Shown here piece after piece: positions 28,308 through 38,974 of a DNA stretch of 64,000 bases. Position 1 is the stretch's first letter; the number at the start of each line of letters is the position of its first letter. Below the pieces are notes generated by a model. The model saw nothing but the letters and a program-made list of their open reading frames with translations. It was not told where the DNA came from and ran no database searches. A program made the position numbers and the translations under genes. Location of the stretch: positions 1,013,347-1,077,346 of the forward strand of contig CAVYVA010000001.1 in NCBI GenBank assembly GCA_963771835.1. Reading direction: 5' to 3'. The DNA is from an uncultured Actinomycetota bacterium (GTDB lineage Bacteria; Actinomycetota; Actinomycetes; Prado026).

Positions 28308-29757
28308 TGACCTTGCCCCGGGTGAAGAAGTGCACACCCTCGGTCCCGTGCGCGTGGGTGTCCCCGAACAGTGAGGACTTCCACCCGCCGAACGAGTAGT
28401 ACGCCATCGGCACCGGGATCGGCACGTTGATGCCGACCATCCCGACCTCGACCTCGTTCTGGTAGCGCCGCGCCGCCCCGCCGTCGTTGGTGAAGATGGC
28501 GGTGCCGTTGCCGTAGGGGTGGTCGTTGACCATCTTGAGCGCATCGTCGTACGAGTCGACCCGAACCACCGACAGCACCGGCCCGAAGATCTCGTCCGAG
28601 TAGATGCTCATGTCCGTCGTGACGTGGTCGAAGAGCGTCGGGCCGAGCCAGTAGCCGCCCGCCGCGCCGTCCGGCTCGACGTCACGACCGTCGACGACGA
28701 GGCTCGCGCCGGCGTCGACCCCGGCCTGGACGTAGCCGGCGACCTTGTCGCGGTGCACCGCGGTGACCAGCGGGCCCATGTCGGCGCCACGACGGCCGTC
28801 GCCGGTCCGCAAGGTGCCGATCCGCTCGGCGATCTTGCCGACCAGCTCGTCGGCGACCGGCTCCACCACGACGAGCGCGGAGATGGCCATGCAGCGCTCC
28901 CCCGCCGACCCGAAGCCGGCGTTCACCGCGGCGTCCGCGGCGAGGTCCAGGTCTGCGTCGGGCAGGACGACCATGTGGTTCTTCGCGCCGCCGAGCGCCT
29001 GGACCCGCTTGCCGGCCTTGGTCCCGGTCTCGTACACGTAGCGGGCGATGGGGGTCGAGCCGACGAAGGAGATGCTCTTGACGTCGGGGTGGGTGAGCAG
29101 CCGGTCCACGGCCTCCTTGTCGCCGTGCACCACGTTGAACACGCCCTCGGGCAGCCCGGCCTCGGCCCACAGCTCGGCGACGAAGTTCACGGCGCTCGGG
29201 TCCTTCTCGCTGGGCTTGACGACGACCGTGTTGCCGCACGCGATCGCGATCGGGAAGAACCACATCGGGACCATCGCCGGGAAGTTGAACGGGGAGATGA
29301 TCCCGACCACGCCGAGCGGCTGGCGGATCGAGTACACGTCGACCTTGGTGGACACGCCCTCCGAGAAGCCGCCCTTGAGCAGGTGCGGGATGCCGCACGC
29401 GAACTCGACGACCTCGAGCCCGCGGGTCACCTCGCCGAGGGCGTCGGACAGGACCTTGCCGTGCTCGGCGGTGATGAGCGCGGCCAGCTCTTCCTTGCGC
29501 TCGTTGAGCAGCTCCCGGAAGGCGAACAGCACCTGGGTGCGCCGGGACAACGACGACCCGCGCCAGTCCGCGAACGCCTCCTTGGCGGCCGCGACCGCCT
29601 CGTCCATCACCGCTGCCGTGGCGAAGTCGACCAGGCCCGAGCGCTCGCCGGTGGCGGGGTCGAAGACCTCGCCCTGCCGCTCGGCCACGCCGCCGTAGGG
29701 CTTGCCGCCGATCCAGTGCGTGATGTGCTTGGTCGCTGCCGAGGTGGTCTCGCCCAT
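28243..29757 (-). CDS. mmsA: CoA-acylating methylmalonate-semialdehyde dehydrogenase
   Basis: 504 codons from ATG 29757: ITHWIGGKP, SPFNFPAMVPMWFFPIAIACGNTVVVKPSE, FVGSTPIA, GFGSAGERCMA, INVPIPVPMAYYSFGGWKSSLFGD, GLNLGFPQNV. Confidence 0.93.
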   Translation of the reverse strand: MGETTSAATKHITHWIGGKPYGGVAERQGEVFDPATGERSGLVDFATAAVMDEAVAAAKEAFADWRGSSLSRRTQVLFAFRELLNERKEELAALITAEHGKVLSDALGEVTRGLEVVEFACGIPHLLKGGFSEGVSTKVDVYSIRQPLGVVGIISPFNFPAMVPMWFFPIAIACGNTVVVKPSEKDPSAVNFVAELWAEAGLPEGVFNVVHGDKEAVDRLLTHPDVKSISFVGSTPIARYVYETGTKAGKRVQALGGAKNHMVVLPDADLDLAADAAVNAGFGSAGERCMAISALVVVEPVADELVGKIAERIGTLRTGDGRRGADMGPLVTAVHRDKVAGYVQAGVDAGASLVVDGRDVEPDGAAGGYWLGPTLFDHVTTDMSIYSDEIFGPVLSVVRVDSYDDALKMVNDHPYGNGTAIFTNDGGAARRYQNEVEVGMVGINVPIPVPMAYYSFGGWKSSLFGDTHAHGTEGVHFFTRGKVITSRWLDPSHGGLNLGFPQNV

Positions 29758-29879
29758 GGCCGGTCCTTCGTGGTCGCTCGTCGGGGTCTGCTCATTGTGG
29801 CGATCGCGCCCGTTCGCATCCACCCGCACCTTGATGTCTGGCGCCCTTGCACCCTTACAGTCTGTCGCCTGCCACCGAC

Positions 29880-31301
29880 TCAGGAGTCGAAGCCCAGCCC
29901 GGCCATGTCCAAGGCCTTGAGCCACAGGTTGCGCCGACCCTCGTTGCGGTCGGCCCGGTCCAGCGACCGGCGGGTCAGCTCGATGCCGACCCAGCGCAGC
30001 GGCTCCGGCGGGAACGGCAACGGCTTGGACCGCACGTAGTCCAGCGCGGTCAGCTCGTTGCGACGGCCCGCGAGCAGGTCCAGCAGGACGCGCGCCCCGA
30101 ACCGGGTGGCGCCCACCCCCAGCCCGGTGTAGCCGGTCACGTACCCGACCCGGCCCTCGTACCCGGTCCCCCAGAACGGGCAGAACCGGCTGCAGGTGTC
30201 GATGACGCCGCCCCAGGCGTGGCTGAACCGCAGCCCCTCGAGCATCGGGAACGTCTCGGCGAAGTGCGCGGCCAGCATCGCGAACGTCTCCGGCCGCTGG
30301 TCGAGCTCGGGCCGCAGGCCGTTCCCGTAGTGGTACACCGCGTCGTACCCGCCCCAGACGATCCGCTGGTCCGCGGTGAGCCGGTAGTAGTGGAACTGGT
30401 TGGCCGAGTCGCCGATGCCCACCCGGCTCTTCCAGCCGACGGCCTCGAGCTGCTCCGCGCTGAGCGGCTCCGTGGCCAGGACGTAGTCGTAGACGGGCGC
30501 GATGTACGAGCGGACGCGACGCAGCAGCGACGGGAACGCGTTGGTCGCCAAGGCGACCCGCGCGGCGCGCACCGAGCCGTACGGCGTGCGCACCCGCATG
30601 CCGGCGCCGTCGCGCTCCAGCCCCAGCGCCGGGGTGCGCTCGTGGATCCGCACGCCCAGCGAGCGGCAGGCGTCGGCCAGGCCCCAGGCCAGCTTGGCCG
30701 GGTGGACCAGCGCCGACTCCGGCTCGAACAGCCCGCCCAGGTACGTCGGCGAGTGCACGTCGGCCTGCACCTCGTCGCGGTCCCGCCACTGCATGCGGAC
30801 CCCGTACTGGCGGGCCAGCTCCGGCGCCTCGCGCAGCTCGTCGACCTGCCAGGGCGCCACGGCCACGGACAGCTCGCCGGTCCGCTCGAACTCGGCGTCG
30901 ATGCCGTACCTGGTCAGCGTCGCCTCGATGCCGTCGAGGTTCTCGTGACCGAGCCGGACCAGCGTCGCGAGCTCGGGCTCGAACCGGGCGAGCCCGTTGA
31001 AGAACCCGTGGGTCAGGCTGGCGACGCAGAAGCCGCCGTTGCGGCCCGACGCGGCCCAGCCGACCTGCGCGGACTCCAGCACCACCACGTCGCGGGACGG
31101 GTCGTCCTCCTTGGCCTGCAGGGCCGTCCAGAGCCCGGAGTAGCCGGCACCGACGACGACGAGGTCGGCCGGCTGGTCCCCGACCAGCGCCGGCCCCGGC
31201 TCGGGGCGGCCGGCGGCGGACAGCCAGAACGACGTCGGCTCCGCCTCGGCCAGCACCGCCAGCCGCCGGGCGTCACCCGGCGGCGCGTCCGGTCGGTGCA
31301 C
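29880..31301 (-). CDS. FAD-dependent oxidoreductase (DadA/PuuB-like amine oxidase family)
   Basis: 473 aa: DLVVVGAGYSGLWTAL dinucleotide motif, ASGRNGGF. It is the last gene of the Pot-type transporter operon. Confidence 0.85.
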   Translation of the reverse strand: MHRPDAPPGDARRLAVLAEAEPTSFWLSAAGRPEPGPALVGDQPADLVVVGAGYSGLWTALQAKEDDPSRDVVVLESAQVGWAASGRNGGFCVASLTHGFFNGLARFEPELATLVRLGHENLDGIEATLTRYGIDAEFERTGELSVAVAPWQVDELREAPELARQYGVRMQWRDRDEVQADVHSPTYLGGLFEPESALVHPAKLAWGLADACRSLGVRIHERTPALGLERDGAGMRVRTPYGSVRAARVALATNAFPSLLRRVRSYIAPVYDYVLATEPLSAEQLEAVGWKSRVGIGDSANQFHYYRLTADQRIVWGGYDAVYHYGNGLRPELDQRPETFAMLAAHFAETFPMLEGLRFSHAWGGVIDTCSRFCPFWGTGYEGRVGYVTGYTGLGVGATRFGARVLLDLLAGRRNELTALDYVRSKPLPFPPEPLRWVGIELTRRSLDRADRNEGRRNLWLKALDMAGLGFDS

Positions 31302-31311
31302 GCCTGGACGC

Positions 31312-32185
31312 CTACGCCTTCGCCCGGCGCCGCCGCCAGGCGATCAGCTGGCCGAGGCCGACCAGCAGGAACGACAGCACGAACATGACCGTGCCGACCA
31401 CGTTGAGCTGGGGCGGGGTGCCCTTCTGGGCGGCACCCCAGACGAACAACGGGAACGTGGTCGACGTCGACGACGAGTTGAAGTTCGTGATGATGTAGTC
31501 GTCGAACGACAACGAGAACGCGAGCAGGGCGCCGGCGGCGATGCCCGGTGCGACCAGCGGCAGCGTGATCCGCGTGAACGTCTGCCGCTCGGTGGCGTAC
31601 AGGTCCATCGCCGCCTGCTCCAGCCGCGGGTCGAGGCCGGCGATGCGGGCCTTGACCGTGACGACCACGAAGCTCACGCAGAACATCACGTGGGCGATGA
31701 AGATGGTCACCGGACCGAGCGGGATGATCGTCAGGTTGACGAACAGCGTCAGCAGCGACGACCCCATCACGACCTCGGGCGTGGCCATCGGCATGAAGAT
31801 GAGCAGGTTCGTGGCGGCCCGTCCGCCGAAGCGGTAGCGGGCGAGCGCGAACGCGACCATCGTGCCCAGGATCGTGGCCACCAGCGTGGCGACGAGACCG
31901 ATCTCCAGGCTGAGCACCACGGAGTCGCACATGCCCGGGGGCGCGCACGGGTGCAGCCACGCGTTGAGCGAGAACTGGACGAAGTCGTAGTTGTACTTGC
32001 CCGCCGGCTGGTTGAACGAGAACAGGATGACGATGATGTTCGGCAGCAGCATGTAGACGAACACGAAGAACGCGACGATCTGGATGAGGTGCTCGCGCAG
32101 CCAGTCGACCGGGCTCTTGCGGCGTCGCGGTGGCGGGGCCGCGCGGGAGGGCCCGGCCCTGGGTGGGGGTGGTCATCGTCGCCAT
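31312..32185 (-). CDS. ABC transporter permease (PotC-like), N-terminal frame disruption as assembled
   Basis: ...SPVDWLREHLIQIVAFFVFVYMLLPNIIV... and the EAA loop LEQAAMDLYATERQTFTRITLPL. The only in-context start is ATG 32185, overlapping the potB-like stop (TGATG), but it is in another frame until ~32130. The as-read ORF starts at 32064. Confidence 0.85.
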
Positions 32186-33108
32186 CAGACCAGCTCCTCC
32201 GTCCCGGCTCGCCACACGTAGACCGAGACCAGCACGAGGATCGTCGCCATCAGCACGAACGACAGCGCCGCCGCGGTCGGGTAGTCGCGCACCCGCAGGA
32301 ACTGGCCGTCGATGACCTGGCCGATCATCGTGGTGTTCGGGTTCCCGAGCAGCTTGGAGTTGATGTAGTCACCGGCCGCCGGGATGAAGGTCAGCAGCGT
32401 GCCGGCGACGACGCCCGGCAGCGACAGCGGCCAGGTCACCTTGCGGAACGCCGTGAACGGCTTGCCGTACAGGTCGGCGCCGGCCTCGAGCAGCCGGGGG
32501 TCGATCCGGTCCAGGCTGGCGAACAGCGGCAGCACCATGAACGGCAGGAAGTTGTACGTCAGCCCCATGATCACGGCGAAGGGGGTGTTGAGCAGCTGGT
32601 CGCCGTTGATCAGCTGGAGCCGCTGCAGCAGGTCGATGATGTGCAGGTCGGCCAGCACGCGGTACACCACGCCCTGGCTGGACAGGATCGTCTGCCAGGC
32701 CAGCGTCCGCAGCAGGAAGCTCGTGAAGAACGGCGCGATGACGAGCACGAGCAGGACGCTCTTCCACCGTCCGGACTTGAACGCGATGCAGTACGCCAGC
32801 GGGTAGCCGATCAGCAGGCCGAGCGCGGTGGCCGTCCCCGCGTAGATGAACGAGCGGACGAACTGCGGCCAGTACAACGACAGCGCGTCCGTGTACGTGG
32901 CCCAGTTGAACGTCAGGGTGTAGCCCTGCTCCAGCGACCCGGTCTGCAGCGACTGCGACAGCAGGAAGATCATCGGGACGACGAAGAACACGGCCAGCCA
33001 GAGCAGGCCGGGCGCCAGCAGGAAGTACGGGACGAACTTGCGGCCCCGCCTGGCCGGCGGCGGCGCGGCGACCTTGTCGGCGTCGCCGATCTGCGCGAGC
33101 GCGCTCAC
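32185..33108 (-). CDS. ABC transporter permease (PotB-like)
   Basis: 307 aa, 6 TM, EAA loop [27 protein letters not shown]. Its GTG start overlaps the ATPase stop (GTGA at 33105-33108). Confidence 0.9.
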   Translation of the reverse strand: MSALAQIGDADKVAAPPPARRGRKFVPYFLLAPGLLWLAVFFVVPMIFLLSQSLQTGSLEQGYTLTFNWATYTDALSLYWPQFVRSFIYAGTATALGLLIGYPLAYCIAFKSGRWKSVLLVLVIAPFFTSFLLRTLAWQTILSSQGVVYRVLADLHIIDLLQRLQLINGDQLLNTPFAVIMGLTYNFLPFMVLPLFASLDRIDPRLLEAGADLYGKPFTAFRKVTWPLSLPGVVAGTLLTFIPAAGDYINSKLLGNPNTTMIGQVIDGQFLRVRDYPTAAALSFVLMATILVLVSVYVWRAGTEELV

Positions 33109-34289
33109 GGGGTGGCCCCGACGCGTGGCGCGCTTCCTCGCCCTCGATCTCGACGCCGGCGTTCATGTCCTGCGCGGCGTCCAGGCCGAACGTGTGGGCG
33201 GGCACCCACGACAGCATCACCTTGGTGCCCGGCCGCAGCACCTCCACCCCGACGTTCTGGGCGAACACCATCACCTCCTGGTCCCAGGGCATCCGGACCA
33301 GGTACTGGGTGCTGACGCCGGTGAAGCTCGCGTCGGACACGACCCCGCCGGTCAGGACGTTGGAGCCCTCGGCCACGTGCTCGCCCTCGGGCACGATGCT
33401 GATCTTCTCCGGCCGGACGCCGACCAGCAGCTCGCTCGCGGTGGACGCCGTGCGCGAGCGTGGCAGCACCACTCGCTGGCCCGCCACGTCCAGCAGGATG
33501 TCGTCCCCGGAAGTGCCGGTGACCGTCGCGCGGATGAGGTTCGACTGCCCGAGGAAGTTCGCGACGAAGGTCGTCGACGGGTTCTCGTACAGGCTGGCGG
33601 GGTCGCCCATCTGCTCGACCCGCCCGGCGTTCATGACCGCGATCGTGTCGGCCATGGTCATGGCCTCTTCCTGGTCGTGCGTGACGTGCACGAACGTGAT
33701 GCCCGACCTCGGTCTGGATCCGCTTCAGCTCGATCTGCATCTGCCGCCGGAGCTTGAGGTCCAGGGCCCCGAGCGGCTCGTCCAGGAGCAGCACCGAGGG
33801 CCGGTTGACGATGGCCCTGGCCAGCGCGACCCGCTGCTGCTGGCCGCCGGACAGCTGGGACGGCTTGCGCCGGGCCAGGTGGCCGAGCTCGACCAGCTCG
33901 AGCGCGTCGTTGGCCCGCTGCTTGACGTCGGCCTGGTGCCGGCGCCGCAGGCCGAACGCCACGTTCTCGAAGATGTCCAGGTGCGGGAACAGCGCGTAGT
34001 TCTGGAAGACCGTGTTCACCGGCCGCTTGTAGGGCTTGGCGCCGGTGATGTCCGCGTCCCCGATGAGGATCTGACCCACCGTCGGGTCCTCCAGACCGGC
34101 GACCATGCGCAGCGTGGTCGTCTTCCCGCAACCCGAGGGGCCGAGCAGGGCGAAGAACGAGCCCTGCGGGATCGTCAGCGTCAGGTCGTCGACCGCGGTG
34201 AACGACCCGAACGACTTGGTGACCGACAGGATCCGCAGGTCACCGTCCTGCTGTACGTCGCCGCGGCTCCGGGTTGCGGGTTCGGTCAT
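33105..34289 (-). pseudogene. ABC transporter ATP-binding protein (PotA-like), two frame disruptions as assembled
   Basis: Walker [13 protein letters not shown]-loop, signature [14 protein letters not shown], Walker [12 protein letters not shown]. There is an extra c at ~33701 (gtcgggCatcacg), after which [30 protein letters not shown]... continues in ORF 32369..33691. A second shift at ~33135 is needed to reach the TGA at 33105. Confidence 0.88.
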
Positions 34290-34293
34290 CGCC

Positions 34294-35514
34294 TCAGCCT
34301 CCGATGAGGGCCTGGAAGGCCTTGTTGTACTTCGTCTCCTGCGCCTCGGTGAGACCCATGAAGACGTGGGACTGGGCCAGCGTGGCATCTGAGGGGAAGA
34401 TCAGCTGGTTGTTTGCCGTAGTCGGGTCCGATTTGAGGAGCTCCTCCTTGGAGCCCTTCACCGGCGGGATGTAGTTGACGTAGTCCTCGACCTGGGCCAT
34501 GACCTTGGGGTCGTAGTAGTAGTTGATCAAGATCTCGGCGTTCTTCTTGTGCTGGGCGGCGTTCGGGATCAGGAAGTTGTCGGACCACTGCATGTGGCCG
34601 GTCTCCGGCAGGACGTACCCCAGGTTGGGGTTGTCCGCCTTCAGCTGGACGACGTCGCCGGTCCAGGCCATGCAGGCGGCGATGTCGCCGGAGGCCAGGC
34701 CCTTGGTGTAGTCGTTGCCCGTGAAGCCCTTGAGCTGACCGGCGTCCTTGGCCTTCTGCAGGGTGTCCATGGCCGCGTTGAAGTCGTCGTCGGAGAACTT
34801 CGCCGGGTCCTTGCCCTGCGCGAGCATGACCAGGCCGACCGTGTCGCGCATCTCGGTGAGCAGCGTGACCTTGCCCTTGATGGAGGGGTCGGTGAGCAGC
34901 TGGTCGATGGTCTCGATCTTCTTGCCGCCGGTCGACTTCGGGTTGTAGGCGATCCCGGTGAAGCCGCTCTGCCAGGGCAGCGAGTACTTGCGGCCGTCGT
35001 CGAAGGGCACGTGCTGGAGGGTGTCGACCAGGTTGCTGGCGTTGGGGATGTTGTCCTTGTTCAGCTCCTGGACCCAGCCGAGCAGGATCAGCTTCGAGGC
35101 CATCCAGTCGGTGAGGCAGAAGGTGTCGCGGCCGGTGTCCTGGCTCGCGGACAGCTGCGGCTGGATCTTCGCGAAGAACTCGTCGTTGTCGTTGACGTCC
35201 TCGGTGTAGTTGACCTTGATGCCGGTCTGCTTCAGGAAGGCGTCCAGGGTCGGGTGCGTCGAGGTCTTGTCGTCGACGTCGATGTACGCCTGCCAGTTGG
35301 ACCAGTTGACCACCTTGTCGGTGTCCGACTTGTCGGCCCAGGTCGGCTTGGTGGAGGCGCTGCCCCCGCCGGCGGGCGTGGCGGTGCCCTTGGTGCCGCA
35401 GGCGGCCAGGACGGCGGCCATGCCGGCCACGCCGGCCCCCTGCATGACGGTGCGGCGCGTGAGCAGACCCCGGACCAGCGCGGGCGAGAGGTTCTGGGGA
35501 AGGTTCTCGGTCAT
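34294..35514 (-). CDS. polyamine (spermidine/putrescine-type) ABC substrate-binding lipoprotein
   Basis: 406 aa. Tat/lipobox leader [24 protein letters not shown], then a PotD/PotF-like fold ([11 protein letters not shown]..., [22 protein letters not shown]). Confidence 0.88.
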   Translation of the reverse strand: MTENLPQNLSPALVRGLLTRRTVMQGAGVAGMAAVLAACGTKGTATPAGGGSASTKPTWADKSDTDKVVNWSNWQAYIDVDDKTSTHPTLDAFLKQTGIKVNYTEDVNDNDEFFAKIQPQLSASQDTGRDTFCLTDWMASKLILLGWVQELNKDNIPNASNLVDTLQHVPFDDGRKYSLPWQSGFTGIAYNPKSTGGKKIETIDQLLTDPSIKGKVTLLTEMRDTVGLVMLAQGKDPAKFSDDDFNAAMDTLQKAKDAGQLKGFTGNDYTKGLASGDIAACMAWTGDVVQLKADNPNLGYVLPETGHMQWSDNFLIPNAAQHKKNAEILINYYYDPKVMAQVEDYVNYIPPVKGSKEELLKSDPTTANNQLIFPSDATLAQSHVFMGLTEAQETKYNKAFQALIGG

Positions 35515-35566
35515 CGGTGGTAGTCCTCCGGGGCTGATCGGGTCGTGGGCGGTGGCGAGGGTGGGG

Positions 35567-37108
35567 CTAGACGGTGAAGATCGTGCGGTGCCAGTCCTTG
35601 CGGGCGGTGGCGGTGGTGTCGTACATGACGTGCTTGACCTGGGTGTACTCCTCGAACGAGTACGTGCTCATGTCCTTGCCGAATCCGGACTGACGGTATC
35701 CCCCGTGCGGCATCTCGCTGATGATCGGGATGTGGTCGTTGACCCAGACGCAGCCGGCCTGGATCTCCCGGCTGGCCCGCAGCGAGCGGAACACGTCCCG
35801 GGTCCACGCTGAGGCGGCGAGGCCGTAGCGGGTGTCGTTGGCCAGCCGGAGGCCCTCGTCGTCGGAGTCGAACGGCAGGACCACCAGCACCGGTCCGAAC
35901 ACCTCGTCCTGGACGATCTCGGACTGCTGGGCGGCGCCGACGATCAAGGTCGGCTCGTAGTAGCAGCCCCGCGCCAGGTCGCCCCGGGACGGGGCCTGGC
36001 CGCCGACGACGATCTTGGCGCCGTCCACGGCGGCCCGCTCGACCATGCCGACGACGTGCTCGCGCTGGCGCTGGGACACCAGCGGGCCCTGGTCGGTGGC
36101 CGGGTCCAGGGTCGGACCGAGGCGGACCGAGCGCATGAGCGTCGCCACGCCGTCGACGAACGCGTCGTACAGCGGGCGCTGGACGTACGCCCTGGTCGCG
36201 GCGGTGCAGTCCTGGCCGGTGTTGATCAGCGCGCCGGCGACCGCTCCGTGCACCGCGGCCTCCAGGTCGGCGTCGTCGAACACCAGGAACGGCGCCTTCC
36301 CGCCGAGCTCGAGGTGCACGCGCTTGACCGTGCCGGACGCGACCTGCATGACCCGCTGGCCGACCGCGGTCGACCCGGTGAACGACACCATCGCGACGTC
36401 CGGGTGGGCCATCAGCGCCTCGCCGGCCTCGCGCCCGGTCCCGACGACGACGTTGACCACGCCGTCCGGGATCCCGGCGTCGGTGCAGGCCTGGGCCAGC
36501 AGCACGGAGGTGAGCGGGGTGATCTCGGCGGGCTTGAGCACGATCGTGTTGCCGGCGGCGATGGCCGGCAGGATCTTCCACCCGGCCATCTGGAGCGGGT
36601 AGTTCCAGGGGGCGATCGAGCCGACCACCCCGATCGGCTCGCGCCGGATCATCGAGGTGTGGCTGCCGGAGTACTCGGCCGCCGCCTTGCCCTCCAGGTT
36701 GCGCGCGGCACCGGCGAAGAAGGCGACGTTGTCGACGGTCCCGGGGACGTCGAACTCGGTGCTGAGCCGGATCGGCTTGCCCGCCTGACGGCTCTCCAGC
36801 GTCGCGAACTCCTCGGTCCGCTCGGCCAGGAGGACGGCCAGCCGGGCCAGCGCGCCGGAACGCTCAGCGGGCGTCGCACCCGACCAGCCGGGGAACGCGG
36901 CCGATGCCGCGGCGACCGCCGCGTCGACCTCGGCGGCACCGGCGACCTCGACGGTCGCGACGGTCCGGCCGTCGGACGGGTCCACCACGTCGTGGGTCAG
37001 CCCGGAGGTCGATGCGTGCGCGCGACCAGCCACGTACGACCGGACGACAGCGCCGTCGTCCAGGCCGTTCACCCTCCGCTCACCGGCCCTCCTCCACGGG
37101 ATCCGCAT
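35567..37108 (-). CDS. NAD-dependent aldehyde dehydrogenase (aminobutyraldehyde dehydrogenase-like); start uncertain (37108 or GTG 37072)
   Basis: [75 protein letters not shown]. It is the first gene of the operon that continues into the Pot-type transporter. Confidence 0.88.
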   Translation of the reverse strand: MRIPWRRAGERRVNGLDDGAVVRSYVAGRAHASTSGLTHDVVDPSDGRTVATVEVAGAAEVDAAVAAASAAFPGWSGATPAERSGALARLAVLLAERTEEFATLESRQAGKPIRLSTEFDVPGTVDNVAFFAGAARNLEGKAAAEYSGSHTSMIRREPIGVVGSIAPWNYPLQMAGWKILPAIAAGNTIVLKPAEITPLTSVLLAQACTDAGIPDGVVNVVVGTGREAGEALMAHPDVAMVSFTGSTAVGQRVMQVASGTVKRVHLELGGKAPFLVFDDADLEAAVHGAVAGALINTGQDCTAATRAYVQRPLYDAFVDGVATLMRSVRLGPTLDPATDQGPLVSQRQREHVVGMVERAAVDGAKIVVGGQAPSRGDLARGCYYEPTLIVGAAQQSEIVQDEVFGPVLVVLPFDSDDEGLRLANDTRYGLAASAWTRDVFRSLRASREIQAGCVWVNDHIPIISEMPHGGYRQSGFGKDMSTYSFEEYTQVKHVMYDTTATARKDWHRTIFTV

Positions 37109-37135
37109 CCTGGCATGGCCTGTCGGTCTGAACAA

Positions 37136-37150
37136 GCGATTCCGTTGTCC
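37136..37150. promoter_or_regulatory. candidate operator GCGATTCCGTTGTCC in the aldehyde dehydrogenase/PucR divergent intergenic region
   Basis: 13/15 match, in the same orientation, to 13708-13722 upstream of the other PucR gene. Confidence 0.3.
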
Positions 37151-37209
37151 AGAAGCCCTGAGGCGACGAAATCGCTACCTGTCCGTAACACGGCGCAACG
37201 ATCCGCGGG

Positions 37210-38974
37210 GTGAAGGATGGTGCCGCCCGACGGGAACGGCAACGCGCAGGGTGCAACATCTGCCAGTCTCTGGCTTACAAGCTGTCGTACCAGCCCGCCG
37301 CGTCCGATCGACCGCCCGGAGCCCCGCCGTGTTCCCCGTCCGCATTCCCCACCGTCTTCCCCACCGTCGCCGACGTCCTCGAGCTCGAGCAGGTGCGGCA
37401 GGGCCTGCCGGACGTCGTCGCCGGCGAGGAGAACCTCGACCGCCGGGTCCGCTGGGCGCACGTCAGCGAGCTGGCGGACATCGCCGGGCTGCTGCGCGGC
37501 GGCGAGCTGATCCTGACCACCGGGGTGGCGCTGCCCTCGGACGACGCGGACCTGGCCGCGTACGTGGCCGACCTGGACAACGTGGGTGCGGCGGGGCTGG
37601 TGGTCGAGCTGGGCCGTCGCTACGCCACGGCCCTGCCGCCCGCGCTGGTCCGGGCCGCCCAGGGACGCGGGCTGCCGCTGGTGGCGCTGCACCGGGAGAC
37701 CCGGTTCGTCGCGATCACCGAGGCCGTGCACGCGTGCGTGGTCGACACCCAGGTCGACGAGCTGCGCTCCTCCGCGCTCGTCCACCAGACGTTCACCGAG
37801 CTGTCCGTCGAGGGGGCCGAGCCCGCGGAGATCGTCCGGCAGGCCGCGCTCATGGCCGGACGTCCGGTGGTGCTGGAGAACCTCGCGCACCAGGTGCTCG
37901 CCTACGAAGCGGCGGGCACCGACGCCGCCGACCTGCTGGACGGATGGGAGGCCCGGTCCCGGTCGGTCGAGCTCACCGAGCGCACGGGCTTCGACGAGCG
38001 CACCGGCTGGGTGGTGACCGTGGTCGGCGCCCGCGGGCACGACTGGGGGCGGCTGGTCCTGGTGGCGGACGGCCGGCCGGGGTCCCGCGACCTCATGCTG
38101 GTCGAGCGGTGCGCGTCGACGCTCGCGCTGAACCGCCTCGTCGAGCGGGACCGGGAGAGCCTGGAGCGGCAGACCCACCGGACCTTGCTGGCCGGGATCC
38201 TGGACCACTCCTGGCCGGACGCCGAGGTGGTCCTGCGGGCGCGTGCGCTCGGGGTGCCGCTGGACGGCCGGCGGCTGGTGGCCGTGGTGGTCCGGCGCGA
38301 CGTCGAGGCGGGCGAGCCGGTGCTGGCCGCCGAGCAGGCCCTGCGCGACCTCGCCGAGCGGGTGGCCTCGGCCGTGCGGGAGGCCCGGCTGCTGGCCCTG
38401 GTCGGGGCCCTCGACGACGCGAGCGTCGGCGTGCTGCGCGTCGGTCTCCGGCCGCTCCCGCGTCGACGCCGCCGTCGAGGCGCTGGCGTCCGCGCTGCAG
38501 AGCCCGGCGGGGCGGGCCGGGCCCTGCGGACGCCGGTGCCCGGTCATGGCCGTCGGCTCGGATGTCGGGGCGGTACGGGACGTGCGGCGGTCGTTCCTGG
38601 AGGCCGCGCACGTCGCCGACGCTGCGGCCACCCAGCCGGGGCGCCCCTTCCACCGGCTCGAGGACGTCCGGCTGCGCGGGCTGCTGCACCTGCTGCGCGA
38701 CGACGCCCGGCTGCAGACGTTCGTGGAGCGCGAGGTGGGGCCGCTGCTGGCCTACGACGCGCAGCACCGGACCACCCTGGTGGAGCTGCTCGGGACGTAC
38801 CTGGACCACGGCCGCAACAAGTCCGCCGCCGCCGACGCCGCGCACCTGTCGCGGCCGGCGTTCTACGAGCGGCTGCACCGGATCGAACGCGTCCTGGGCG
38901 TCGACCTCGACTCCGTCGACTCGTGCCTGTCGCTGCAGGTGGCCCTGCTCGCCAGGTCGGCCATGCGCCGCTAG
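37210..38974 (+). pseudogene. PucR family transcriptional regulator, one frame disruption as assembled; start uncertain
   Basis: VADVLELEQVRQGLPDVVAGEENLDRRVRWAHVSELADIAGLLRGGELILTTG (PucR N-domain). After ...DDASVGVL (~38440) the conserved C-terminus (VRDVRRSFLEAAHVA...RLEDVRLRGLL...LLGTYLDHGRNKSAAADAAHLSRPAFYERLHRIERVLG) is in the +1 frame (ORF 38243..38974). Confidence 0.8.

Noticed and set aside
28243-30789. 848-aa minus ORF (an apparent N-terminally extended MmsA)
   Set aside because: Aldehyde dehydrogenase homology starts at ATG 29757. The upstream part runs out of frame through the FAD oxidoreductase gene.
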